Source of the DNA: Candidatus Lustribacter sp.
GTDB taxonomy: Bacteria; Vulcanimicrobiota; Vulcanimicrobiia; Vulcanimicrobiales; Vulcanimicrobiaceae
Direction: 5' to 3'
DNA length: 64,000 nucleotides
Assembly: GCA_965277805.1 (NCBI GenBank)
Contig: OZ255842.1
Location: forward strand, 96,001 to 160,000
Of this stretch, positions 39,675 through 48,657 are shown piece after piece (the stretch's first letter is position 1; every line of letters begins with the position of its first letter). The position numbers were made by a program, and so were the translations under genes. The notes below the pieces were generated by a model. It had not been told where the DNA came from. It did not search any database and was given only the letters and a program-made list of their open reading frames with translations.

Positions 39675-40283
39675 CTAGGCGGACTTCTTCGGGCGGAAGA
39701 GGGGGAGCACGCTTTCGGTCCCGGCGCGCAGCCGGGCGATGTTGGCGCGGTGCATGAACACGATCAGTAGGGCCGAGGCCAGGCCGTAGATCCCGGCCGC
39801 GGGACCGGCCAACCACCACAGGGCGGGCGCCATCGCGATGCTGGCCAGGAGCGAGCCGGCCGACGAGAACCCGGTGGCCAGGACGACGGCGAGCCAAATG
39901 ACGGCGAAGATGCCGCCGGCCGGCCAGGCAATCGCGAGCACCGCGCCGAGGTTCGTGGCCACGCCTTTGCCGCCGCGGAAGTTGAGGAAGGGCGAGAAAC
40001 AATGGCCGAGGATCGCTGCGAACGCCGCCGTCAGCGCGAGCGTCTCGCTGCCGAGCGCGCGGCCCGCGATCACCGGCAGCGCGCCCTTGAGCGCATCCAG
40101 CACCAGTACCGCGATCGCACCGCCTTTGCCGAGCGAACGCAACGCGTTCGCGGCGCCGATGTTGCCGCTGCCTTCGGCGCGCAGATCGCGCCGGAAGAAC
40201 AACCGCGAGACGACGAGCCCGAACGGGATCGCGCCGAGGAAGAACGATGCGACGACGAGCGCCGCATCGAGGGCGATCGTCAC
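39675..40283 (-). CDS. plsY: Glycerol-3-phosphate acyltransferase
   Basis: GAIPFG, GSGNIGAAN, DALKG, GHCFSPF..FRGGKGVAT, HRANI.RL..G.E. Confidence 0.96.
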   Translation of the reverse strand: MTIALDAALVVASFFLGAIPFGLVVSRLFFRRDLRAEGSGNIGAANALRSLGKGGAIAVLVLDALKGALPVIAGRALGSETLALTAAFAAILGHCFSPFLNFRGGKGVATNLGAVLAIAWPAGGIFAVIWLAVVLATGFSSAGSLLASIAMAPALWWLAGPAAGIYGLASALLIVFMHRANIARLRAGTESVLPLFRPKKSA

Positions 40284-41683
40284 CTGCGCGCTTCGTCGCG
40301 CGGACGTTCGCGAAAGTCGAGCGTCAGCGGCACGCCTTGGAAATCGAAGTTCGAGCGGATCACGTTTTCGATGAAACGTTTGTACGACGGCTGAATCAGC
40401 TTCGGATCGTTACAGGAGAAGATGAACAGCGGCGGATGCGTCGAGACCTGCGCGCAGTAGTAGATTTTGAGGAACTTGTCGCCCGAGATCGGCGGCGGAT
40501 GCGCGATGACCGCATCTTGCACGACCGCGTTGAGTTTCGACGTCGGAATCCGGCGGTCGAGGTTCTCGGCGACTTGGTTCACGACCGGCATCAAACTGCC
40601 GAGCCGGCGTTTGGTGAGTGCCGAGAGAAACGTGACCGGCGCGAACGATGCGAACGGCAGTTGCTCGTGAATGCCTTCGGTGAGCTCGTTTTGGCTGAAT
40701 TCGCCCAGCTCGCGCACGAGATCGTACTTGTTGCCGACGATCACGAGGCCTTTCTTCTCCTCGAGCGCGATGCCGGCCAAACGCCGGTCGGCGTTCTGCG
40801 GGCCCTTCATCGCATCGACGAGCAAGATCACGATGTCGCAGCGTGAGATCGCGCGCAGCGAACGCAGCGAACTGTAGTACTCGATCGCGCCGTGTTTGTT
40901 CGCGCGTTTGGCTACGCCGGCGGTATCGATCAAGCGTAGCGTGCGATTGCCGTACGGCAAGAGCGTGTCGATCGAGTCGCGCGTGGTGCCAGGGATGTCG
41001 GAAACGATCGTGCGCTCTTCGCCGAGGATCGCGTTGAGCAGCGATGACTTGCCCACGTTCGGCTGGCCGATCAGCGCGAGCGCGAGTTCCGACCCCGGCT
41101 CTTCGGCGTCGCTCTCGGGCGGCAGACGTTCGACGATCGCATCGAGCAAGTCGCCCGTGCCTTCACCGTGAATTGCCGACACCGGAAACGGCTCGCCGAA
41201 ACCGAGCCGCGAAAACTCGCCGTGCACGCTGGCCAGCGCGTTCGGCGATTCGGTTTTGTTGGCGACCAGCAGCACCGGGTGATGCGTGCGGCGCAGAATG
41301 CCGGCAACGTCGATGTCGACCGGGTTGAGGCCCTCCATCGCATCGACGACGAAGACGATCACGTCGGCATCGCGGGCCGCGTTCTCGGCTTGCTCGCGCG
41401 TGCCGAACGCGATCGCGTCGTTGGGATCCACGTCGAACTCGATGCCGCCCGTGTCGACGCAGGTAAAGGTGCGGCCGCGCCAGTCGGCCAGCGCGTAGAG
41501 CCGATCACGCGTGACGCCGGGCGTGTCCTCGACGATGGCGAGCCGTTGCCCGATCAGGCGGTTGAAGAGCGCGCTCTTGCCCACGTTGGGGCGACCGACG
41601 ATTGCGACGGTGGCGGGACGGAAGCGCAGATGGGGTATGTCGGCATGCGCGATCTCGGCGCCGTCGAATGGGAGTTCGGTCAT
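40280..41683 (-). CDS. der: Ribosome biogenesis GTPase Der (EngA)
   Basis: Two G domains, [16 protein letters not shown] and [16 protein letters not shown], plus KH-like C-terminus. Confidence 0.97.
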   Translation of the reverse strand: MTELPFDGAEIAHADIPHLRFRPATVAIVGRPNVGKSALFNRLIGQRLAIVEDTPGVTRDRLYALADWRGRTFTCVDTGGIEFDVDPNDAIAFGTREQAENAARDADVIVFVVDAMEGLNPVDIDVAGILRRTHHPVLLVANKTESPNALASVHGEFSRLGFGEPFPVSAIHGEGTGDLLDAIVERLPPESDAEEPGSELALALIGQPNVGKSSLLNAILGEERTIVSDIPGTTRDSIDTLLPYGNRTLRLIDTAGVAKRANKHGAIEYYSSLRSLRAISRCDIVILLVDAMKGPQNADRRLAGIALEEKKGLVIVGNKYDLVRELGEFSQNELTEGIHEQLPFASFAPVTFLSALTKRRLGSLMPVVNQVAENLDRRIPTSKLNAVVQDAVIAHPPPISGDKFLKIYYCAQVSTHPPLFIFSCNDPKLIQPSYKRFIENVIRSNFDFQGVPLTLDFRERPRDEARR

Positions 41684-42443
41684 GGGCAGTTGGTCGTTTC
41701 GCGCGCTGGCGGCGAATCTTGCCGTTTCGGCGTTCGCCGCGGTCGCTCTCCTGGGCGCCGCGCCGACCGGAGCAATTTTCGTCACAACCCTACCAAGCGG
41801 CGCCGACGTCTGGCTGGACGGCACGTATATGGGCCGTTCGCCGGTCGTGGTGGACGCGTTGGCCGTCGGCGCGCACCATGTGACGCTCACGCGCACCGGC
41901 TGGACCCCCGAAGAGCTGGCGGTGGCGATCGCGCCGGCGCAGACGCAGACGACCTCGGTCGTCTTGGTTCGCGACGGAACGAGTACGAGCGAGGGCAGCG
42001 GCTCGATCGCCATTCACTCGCCCGACAAGCTTGGCAGCGTGACGATCGACGGCCAGCCGGCGCCCGCCGCCAAGGACGGGGCGATCCCGGTGAGCGCCGG
42101 CACACACGACGTCACGATCGCCGCGGCGCAGGGCAAGCAGACGCGAACCGTAACCGTGTATCCGCAGACGCGAACCGACGTCGTGCTGGGTACGGACGCC
42201 GCGCCCCGTGCGATCGTGATCGCGCCGGCCGACGATTATCTTCCGGCGAGCGCTTTTCACCTCGACGGCACGCGTCTGGGCGTGCACTACGGCGGACATG
42301 ACGTCGTCGCGCACCTCGGCACCACTACCTACACGATCGATGGACACACCACGGCGTACGACGCGCCGCCGACGCTGATCCGCAACCGCGTGTACCTGCC
42401 TTTGGAACTCCTCACGATGCTTACGCTCCGCGACAAGAAATAA
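41682..42443 (+). CDS. Exported PEGA-domain protein with C-terminal copper-amine-oxidase-N-like domain
   Basis: Signal peptide; TLPSGADVWLDGTYMGRSP...GAHHVTL...GW (PEGA); IDG....DAPP.LIRNRVYLPL. Confidence 0.78.
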   Translation: MGSWSFRALAANLAVSAFAAVALLGAAPTGAIFVTTLPSGADVWLDGTYMGRSPVVVDALAVGAHHVTLTRTGWTPEELAVAIAPAQTQTTSVVLVRDGTSTSEGSGSIAIHSPDKLGSVTIDGQPAPAAKDGAIPVSAGTHDVTIAAAQGKQTRTVTVYPQTRTDVVLGTDAAPRAIVIAPADDYLPASAFHLDGTRLGVHYGGHDVVAHLGTTTYTIDGHTTAYDAPPTLIRNRVYLPLELLTMLTLRDKK

Positions 42444-43840
42444 TGGCAACGATCTACATCGAGACGCACGGCTGTCAGATGAACGAGGCGGACTCGCAGT
42501 ATATCGTGCGCCGCGCGGGCGCCGCCGGCTATACGTTGGCCGAACGGGCCGAAGACGCATCGGTGCTGGTACTCAACACGTGCACGGTACGCGATAACGC
42601 CGAGAAGCGCGCCTACGGCCGCATCCATCACTGGAAGGCGATCAAGGATGCCGATCCGTCCGTGCGCGTCGTCGTGGCCGGTTGTCTGGCGGAACAAGAT
42701 CGCGACCGGATGGGCGAGCTCGTGCCGCACGTCGACGGCATCTTCGGCACGCGCGATTTGCGCGCGCTCGGCGATCAACTCGAGGCCTGGCGCCCGGAAT
42801 TCGCCGACGACGGCGACACGACCGAGCGCGAACTCGACACCATCATCGGCGGTACCAGCGACGGCATCACAGGACCCTACGATACGCTGCGCGCGTTCGT
42901 CAACGTGCAGCGCGGCTGTTCGTACTTCTGCACGTTCTGCATCGTCCCGCACGTGCGGGGCCGTTTCGACCACCGCCCGATGAGCGAGATCCTCGATGAG
43001 GTGAACCGCAAGGTCGCGGCCGGCGCGCGCGAGATCATGCTGGTCGGCCAGACCGTCAACGCGTACAAGGAGCCGGCGACCGGCGCCGACTTCGCCGATC
43101 TGCTCGAAGAAGTGTCGGCGATCGCGGGCGTCGAGCGCATCGCGTTCGTGTCCTCGCATCCGAAGGATCTCAACGAGAAGCTCGCGCGCGTGGCCGCGAC
43201 GCTGCCGAAGATGAACCCGCGCTTCCACCTAGCCGTGCAGTCGGGCTCGAACCCGATGCTGCGCCGGATGAACCGCAAGTATTCGATCGAAGAATTCCGC
43301 GACCGCATCGCGATGTTCCTCAGCTACAATCCGGACTGGGCGATCACGACCGATATCATCGTCGGCTTTCCGGGCGAAACCGAAGCGGATTTTCAAGCGA
43401 CGCTCGAGCTGTGTGCGACCGGCATGTTCGCGCAAGCCTACATGTTCGTCTACTCGCCGCGCCGCGGCACGCCGGCGGCGCACTGGGACCCGGTGGCGCC
43501 CGACGTCGCGCGCGAACGCTTTGCGCGGCTCGTCGCCGTCACCGACGCGCACGTGCGCGGCTACCACGACCGCAAGATCGGCACGACGGTGCGCGCGCTG
43601 ATCCACGGCGTCTCGCGCAAAGACCCCACGCGCCTGGCGGCCAAGACGACCGACAACGTGACCGTGCACTTCCCGATGATCGAGTCGGCTCCGGACCTCG
43701 ACCAGCCGTGGATTGACGTCACGGTCGACCGCGCTGCGGTGTGGGGCGTGTCGGGAATTGCGGTCGGCCGCGCGCGCCGTTGGGATGCGCCCGCGCAGCC
43801 GGTCGCCGCACCGGTCATCGATCTCGTCGGGCTGCGGTAG
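42443..43840 (+). CDS. miaB: tRNA-2-methylthio-N6-dimethylallyladenosine synthase
   Basis: THGCQMNEADS, NTCTVRDNAE, AGCLA, GCSYFCTFCIVP, DIIVGFPGET, YSPRRGTPAA. Confidence 0.94.
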   Translation: MATIYIETHGCQMNEADSQYIVRRAGAAGYTLAERAEDASVLVLNTCTVRDNAEKRAYGRIHHWKAIKDADPSVRVVVAGCLAEQDRDRMGELVPHVDGIFGTRDLRALGDQLEAWRPEFADDGDTTERELDTIIGGTSDGITGPYDTLRAFVNVQRGCSYFCTFCIVPHVRGRFDHRPMSEILDEVNRKVAAGAREIMLVGQTVNAYKEPATGADFADLLEEVSAIAGVERIAFVSSHPKDLNEKLARVAATLPKMNPRFHLAVQSGSNPMLRRMNRKYSIEEFRDRIAMFLSYNPDWAITTDIIVGFPGETEADFQATLELCATGMFAQAYMFVYSPRRGTPAAHWDPVAPDVARERFARLVAVTDAHVRGYHDRKIGTTVRALIHGVSRKDPTRLAAKTTDNVTVHFPMIESAPDLDQPWIDVTVDRAAVWGVSGIAVGRARRWDAPAQPVAAPVIDLVGLR

Positions 43841-43847
43841 TTCGCCC

Positions 43848-46370
43848 TTGACCGACGTCATCCAATGGTCGCCGATGCTCGAGCAATACTTCTGGATGAA
43901 AGCGAAGCACCCGGATGCGATCCTCCTCTCGCGCGTCGGCGACTTCTATGAAGCGTACGGCGACGATGCCGAGACGATCGCGCGGGCGCTGCAGATCGCG
44001 CTGACCTCGAAGGACGCCGGCGGCGGCAAGAAGATCGCGATGGCCGGCGTGCCGCATCACGCGCTCGACGGCTATCTGGCTAAGCTCGTGTTGCAACGGC
44101 GCGTCGTTGCGCTGGCCGAGCAGCTCGAGGCGCCGATTCCGAACAAGCTCGTGCGCCGCGACGTCGTGCGCGTGGTGACGCCGGGCACCGTCATCGAAGA
44201 GACGATGCTCGACCCGGGCACACATACCTATCTCGCTGCCGTCGCGGCAATCGGCGACGTCGTCGCGCTCGCGCACGCCGATGTATCGACCGGACACGTA
44301 ATGGCGACGGCCTTTTCCGGCGAGACCGCGTTCGACGATGCGCTCGCGGAGATCGCGCGGCTCGATCCGGCCGAACTCGTCGCCGACGTTCCGGCCGATG
44401 CGCGTGCGGCACTCGAACGCGCGCTCGAGACCGCGCAAACGCGCGTGGTCACGCCGCCGCTGGCGTCGGTCCCGGGCTCGGCCGCGCTGATCGACGGCTT
44501 CTCGCACGACGAGTCGCTGGCGATGCGGCGCACGCTCGACGCGCTCGGCGCGTTCGTACGCCGGGTGGGCGTGCCGCAGAGCACGGGCGAGGCGTTCCGG
44601 CCGCCGCAGTACTATTCGCAGAACGCGTTTCTCGCGCTCGATGCCAACACGCGCAAGCACCTCGAGCTGCACCGCGCGCTCGGCAGTAACGCCAAGGCGA
44701 CGCTGCTCGCGACGATCGATCGCACGCGCACCGCGATGGGCTCGCGGCTGCTCGCGCGCTGGCTCTCGGCGCCGCTGATCGGAGCGGCGGGGATTGCCGC
44801 GCGCGCCGACTGCGTCGCAGCGTTTGTAAACGACGGCGGACGCCGCGCCGCGATCGCCGACGTGCTGCACGCCTGTTTCGACCTCGAACGCATCGCGCAG
44901 AAGATTCGTTTCCGGCGCGCGCTGCCGCGCGATCTCGGCTCCTTGCGCCGCACCTTGGCACTGCTCGATCCGCTGATCGACGCGCTGGCGGACCCGGCCC
45001 TGCCCGCGCTGCTGGCCGAACTGCGCGGCGGCCTGCGCGGCTTCGATGAGATGCGCGCGGATCTTGCGGCCACGCTGGTGGACGAGCCGCCCGCCACGCT
45101 CGCCGACGGCGGCGTCATCCGTCCCGGCGCGTCACCCGATCTGACCGAATGTGTGGCGCTGCGCGGCGACGTGCGCGCCAACCTGAACGCGCTCGAAGAG
45201 CGCGAGCGCGAGCGCAGCGGCATCAAGGGGCTGAAGATCAAGTACGCGTCGGCGTTCGGCTACGCGATCGAGATCGGCAAAGCGCAAACGGCCAACGTGC
45301 CGGCCGATTACGTGCGCCGTCAAACACTGGCCAACGCCGAACGCTACGTCACGCCCGAGCTGCGCGAACTCGATGCGGCGATCGCCGGTGCGCAAGCGCG
45401 GCAACTCCGCCTGGAGGGCGACCTCTACGCGGCGCTGCTCGAGCGGCTGGCCGAGCGCGTCGACGCGTTGCTCGGCGCGGCCGATGCGCTCGCGCACATC
45501 GACGCGTTCGTTTCGCTCGCGCAGGTTGCGTCGGAACGCTCGTACGTGCGGCCGGTGTTCGTCGAGGGCTCGGCGATCGACATCATCGACGGCCGTCATC
45601 CGGTGGTCGAGGCGTTGCTCGGATCGTCGTTCGTTCCCAACGACTTGCGCATGCACGAGGACGACACGCGCTTCATCGTGCTGACCGGCCCCAACATGGG
45701 CGGCAAGTCGACGTATCTGCGGCAAGCCGCGCTGCTCGTCATCCTCGCGCAGATCGGATCGTTCGTGCCGGCGCGCAGCGCGCAGCTCGGCATCGTCGAC
45801 CGCATCTTCACCCGCATCGGCGCGGGCGACGATCTGGCTTCCGGACAGTCGACGTTCTTCGTCGAGATGGCCGAGACCGCGGCGATCCTGCGGCGCGCGA
45901 CCAATCGGAGCTTGCTGCTGGTCGATGAAGTCGGGCGCGGGACCGGGACGATCGACGGGCTCGCGATCGCGCAAGCGATCTGTGAGTTCTTGCTCGAGCG
46001 CGAATCGCGCGGGCCGCTGACCCTGTTCGCAACGCACTTCCACGAATTGATCGCGCTGGCCGATCGCTGGCGGCTGGTCGCAAATTTTCACATCACTGCC
46101 GTGGAGAACACGGCCCGCGGCGGCGCCCCCGTCTTCTCGCATCGCGTACTGCCGGGATCGAGCTCGCGCTCGTTCGGTATCGAGGTTGCGCGGATGGCGG
46201 GCCTGCCGCCCACGGTGATCGCGCGCGCCAAAGAAATAAGCGATGCATTGAGCGGCCGGCCGAGTCTTGAAAATCAGATTCCCCTGCGCGGGAAACTGGC
46301 GAAACCGGAAATCATCGAGCAGCCGCTGCTGTTCGATCTCGGTCGAAACCGGGTAGCGGGAGAAGGATGA
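43848..46370 (+). CDS. mutS: DNA mismatch repair protein MutS
   Basis: PMLEQY, GDFYE, MAGVPHH, TGPNMGGKSTY, STFFVEM, DEVGRGT, FATHFHEL, SFGIEVA; start TTG 43848 is approximate. Confidence 0.97.
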   Translation: MTDVIQWSPMLEQYFWMKAKHPDAILLSRVGDFYEAYGDDAETIARALQIALTSKDAGGGKKIAMAGVPHHALDGYLAKLVLQRRVVALAEQLEAPIPNKLVRRDVVRVVTPGTVIEETMLDPGTHTYLAAVAAIGDVVALAHADVSTGHVMATAFSGETAFDDALAEIARLDPAELVADVPADARAALERALETAQTRVVTPPLASVPGSAALIDGFSHDESLAMRRTLDALGAFVRRVGVPQSTGEAFRPPQYYSQNAFLALDANTRKHLELHRALGSNAKATLLATIDRTRTAMGSRLLARWLSAPLIGAAGIAARADCVAAFVNDGGRRAAIADVLHACFDLERIAQKIRFRRALPRDLGSLRRTLALLDPLIDALADPALPALLAELRGGLRGFDEMRADLAATLVDEPPATLADGGVIRPGASPDLTECVALRGDVRANLNALEERERERSGIKGLKIKYASAFGYAIEIGKAQTANVPADYVRRQTLANAERYVTPELRELDAAIAGAQARQLRLEGDLYAALLERLAERVDALLGAADALAHIDAFVSLAQVASERSYVRPVFVEGSAIDIIDGRHPVVEALLGSSFVPNDLRMHEDDTRFIVLTGPNMGGKSTYLRQAALLVILAQIGSFVPARSAQLGIVDRIFTRIGAGDDLASGQSTFFVEMAETAAILRRATNRSLLLVDEVGRGTGTIDGLAIAQAICEFLLERESRGPLTLFATHFHELIALADRWRLVANFHITAVENTARGGAPVFSHRVLPGSSSRSFGIEVARMAGLPPTVIARAKEISDALSGRPSLENQIPLRGKLAKPEIIEQPLLFDLGRNRVAGEG

Positions 46371-47461
46371 ACGACGCTCTCGCTCGCTTTTACGACCCGG
46401 TTTATCACGATGGGATCATCGCGGTTGCGATCCTCATCGGAACGGTTGCGGTCGCTTACCTGATCCAGCGCGCGCTGTTCGCGTTTCTCGAACGCACGTT
46501 CAGTAAGAACAACGACGGCATCGTCGCGGCGCTGCTGCGGCGCGCTGAGCCGCCGTCCGGCTTCGCCTTTCCGCTGCTCGCTGCGCTGATTGCGATTCCC
46601 GAGCTCACCTTCCCGCCCGACGTCGAGGCCGTGCTGGTCAAGCTGACGGCGGTCGGCACCGTGATCGCGGTGGCGTGGGCCATCATCGCCTCGATCGGCC
46701 TCTATGCCGATTTGGTGAAGCACAAGTACAAGATGGACGTCGAGGACAACTTGCGCGCGCGCCAGGTTGAAACGCGCATCGACATCCTCGGCCGCACGGC
46801 CGTGACCGTCGTCGTGCTGATCGCGGTCGCACTCGCTGCGATGGAGTTCCCCGCGGTGCGGGTGCTCGGGACCACGCTGCTCGCCTCGGCCGGCGTTGCC
46901 GGTATCGTCCTCGGCATCGCGGCCCGGCCGCTGTTCGAAAACCTGATCGCCGGCGTGCAACTCGCGCTGGCGCAGCCGATCCGCATCGACGACGTGGTGA
47001 TCGTCGAGGGCGAATACGGCCACATCGAGCAGATCGCTTCGACGTTCGTGGTCGTGCGCATCTGGGATCAGCGCCGGATGGTGCTGCCGCTGACCTATTT
47101 CATCGAAAAGCCGTTCCAGAACTGGACCCGCACCGGCTCGGCGCTGCTCGGCACCGTGTTCCTCTACGTCGACTACAGCGTGCCGCTTCAGCCGCTACGC
47201 GACTTCTTACCGAAGATCTTGGAAACCGAGCCCAAGTGGGACGGCGCCGTCAGCCTCATCCAAGTCACCGATGCCAAAGAGGCGACGGTGGAGCTGCGGG
47301 TGCTCGTCAGCGCGCGCAATTCAGCCGATCTGTTCGACTTGCGCTGCAACGTGCGCGAACGGCTGGTCGCTTTTCTGCACCAGAATCACCCGACCGCGCT
47401 GCCGACGACGCGTCAGATGGCGATGGGTTCGCCGGCCGGCACGACCAGCGACAAGAGTTAG
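46367..47461 (+). CDS. mscS: Small-conductance mechanosensitive channel family protein
   Basis: LLASAGVAGIVLGIAA...NLIAG.Q.....PIRIDD, PFQNW. Confidence 0.9.
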   Translation: MNDALARFYDPVYHDGIIAVAILIGTVAVAYLIQRALFAFLERTFSKNNDGIVAALLRRAEPPSGFAFPLLAALIAIPELTFPPDVEAVLVKLTAVGTVIAVAWAIIASIGLYADLVKHKYKMDVEDNLRARQVETRIDILGRTAVTVVVLIAVALAAMEFPAVRVLGTTLLASAGVAGIVLGIAARPLFENLIAGVQLALAQPIRIDDVVIVEGEYGHIEQIASTFVVVRIWDQRRMVLPLTYFIEKPFQNWTRTGSALLGTVFLYVDYSVPLQPLRDFLPKILETEPKWDGAVSLIQVTDAKEATVELRVLVSARNSADLFDLRCNVRERLVAFLHQNHPTALPTTRQMAMGSPAGTTSDKS

Positions 47462-48585
47462 GTTCCGGCGGGCGGCGGCGTTTCCGCCGGTTTGCCGACG
47501 GCGTCGAGTTCGGGCGGGATGTTCGTCAACACGGCGGCCATTGCGCCCGGGCCGATCGTGCGCGCGAATTGCGCGAGCAAGTCGACCAGCTGCTGCTCGG
47601 CCGGCTCGACGAAAACCATCGGCTGCAGGTCGGTGCGCGGGGTGCGCAAGGCCGTGCGCGCGCGGCGGTATTCCGAACGTGCGACTTCCTCATCTTTGTA
47701 GTTGGTCGCGTAGTGATCGGCGACGGACATCGGGCGGCCGTCGTTGCCGCGCGTGAGCTTGGTCTCGAACGAGTCGGCCAGGCGATAGACGTCGATGACG
47801 TTTTCGATCAGCGGTTCGAGCCGCGGATCGTAGGCGAGGTGGTAGAGCTTGCGCTCAAGATCGCGCAGAATAAAGTACGACAGGTTGCCGTAGCGCGCAA
47901 CGCGCACGATCGTCACCCCGGCGAAGGGCGCCTCGAGCTGCGCGATCTTGCGTTCGGCGAACTCGCGGTCGCGCTGCTCGGTCGGCGGGACCTCGCCCTT
48001 TTCCAAGCGTTGCGCGTAGCGCGCGCGTTCGAGTTTGATCTCTTCGACGCGTTTGTGCAGCACCGCGACGCCCGGGCGCGCGTGAAACGCCGCGATGCCT
48101 TCGGGCCCCTCGAGCTTTTTCTTGATTGCGTCTTCTTGAAGGTAGAGCGCGCGCTTGAGCTGTTGCTCGAGCTCTTCTTCGTCGTGCTCCTTGCGGCGGC
48201 GCAGCGACTGCGCGGCGATGGCCTCGGCGGCGGTCGTTATGGCGCGGTTGAACATCCGCCCGGCCATGCCGAAGCTCATCAGCGACTCCCAGAAGGAGGG
48301 CTTCATCGGCTTATTGCGGTCGACGCGATGCGGATAGCGATTTGCGTAGGCCTTGAAGGCCTTCTCGGCCTTGAGCTTGCGCTCGTCGAGAATCGAGGCG
48401 GCTACCGCGATCTCAGCCCGGATGGCATCGCGCTTTTTGTTAAAGCTATTGCGCGTGCGGGACTCGGCGTCCCCGGCTTCGCGACGTTCGTACTTGACCC
48501 GCGCATCTTCATACGCAGCGATCGACTGGGCGTCTTTTTCGAAGTCCGGGATAACCGGTCCGGTACCCTCGGCCGATGTCGTCAA
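47458..48585 (-). CDS. Hypothetical charged, helical protein (about 375 aa)
   Basis: Fills the mscS-mutL gap with protein-like composition. The N-terminal part of the 621-aa track ORF is antisense to mutL, so the start was placed at TTG 48585 (uncertain). Confidence 0.7.
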   Translation of the reverse strand: MTTSAEGTGPVIPDFEKDAQSIAAYEDARVKYERREAGDAESRTRNSFNKKRDAIRAEIAVAASILDERKLKAEKAFKAYANRYPHRVDRNKPMKPSFWESLMSFGMAGRMFNRAITTAAEAIAAQSLRRRKEHDEEELEQQLKRALYLQEDAIKKKLEGPEGIAAFHARPGVAVLHKRVEEIKLERARYAQRLEKGEVPPTEQRDREFAERKIAQLEAPFAGVTIVRVARYGNLSYFILRDLERKLYHLAYDPRLEPLIENVIDVYRLADSFETKLTRGNDGRPMSVADHYATNYKDEEVARSEYRRARTALRTPRTDLQPMVFVEPAEQQLVDLLAQFARTIGPGAMAAVLTNIPPELDAVGKPAETPPPAGT

Positions 48586-48657
48586 GCTCTCGGATCGTCC
48601 TCTAGGAAGTAGGGAGGAGTCGATCTTGGTTCCGCATGCAGCGCTAGCCTTACTGCC

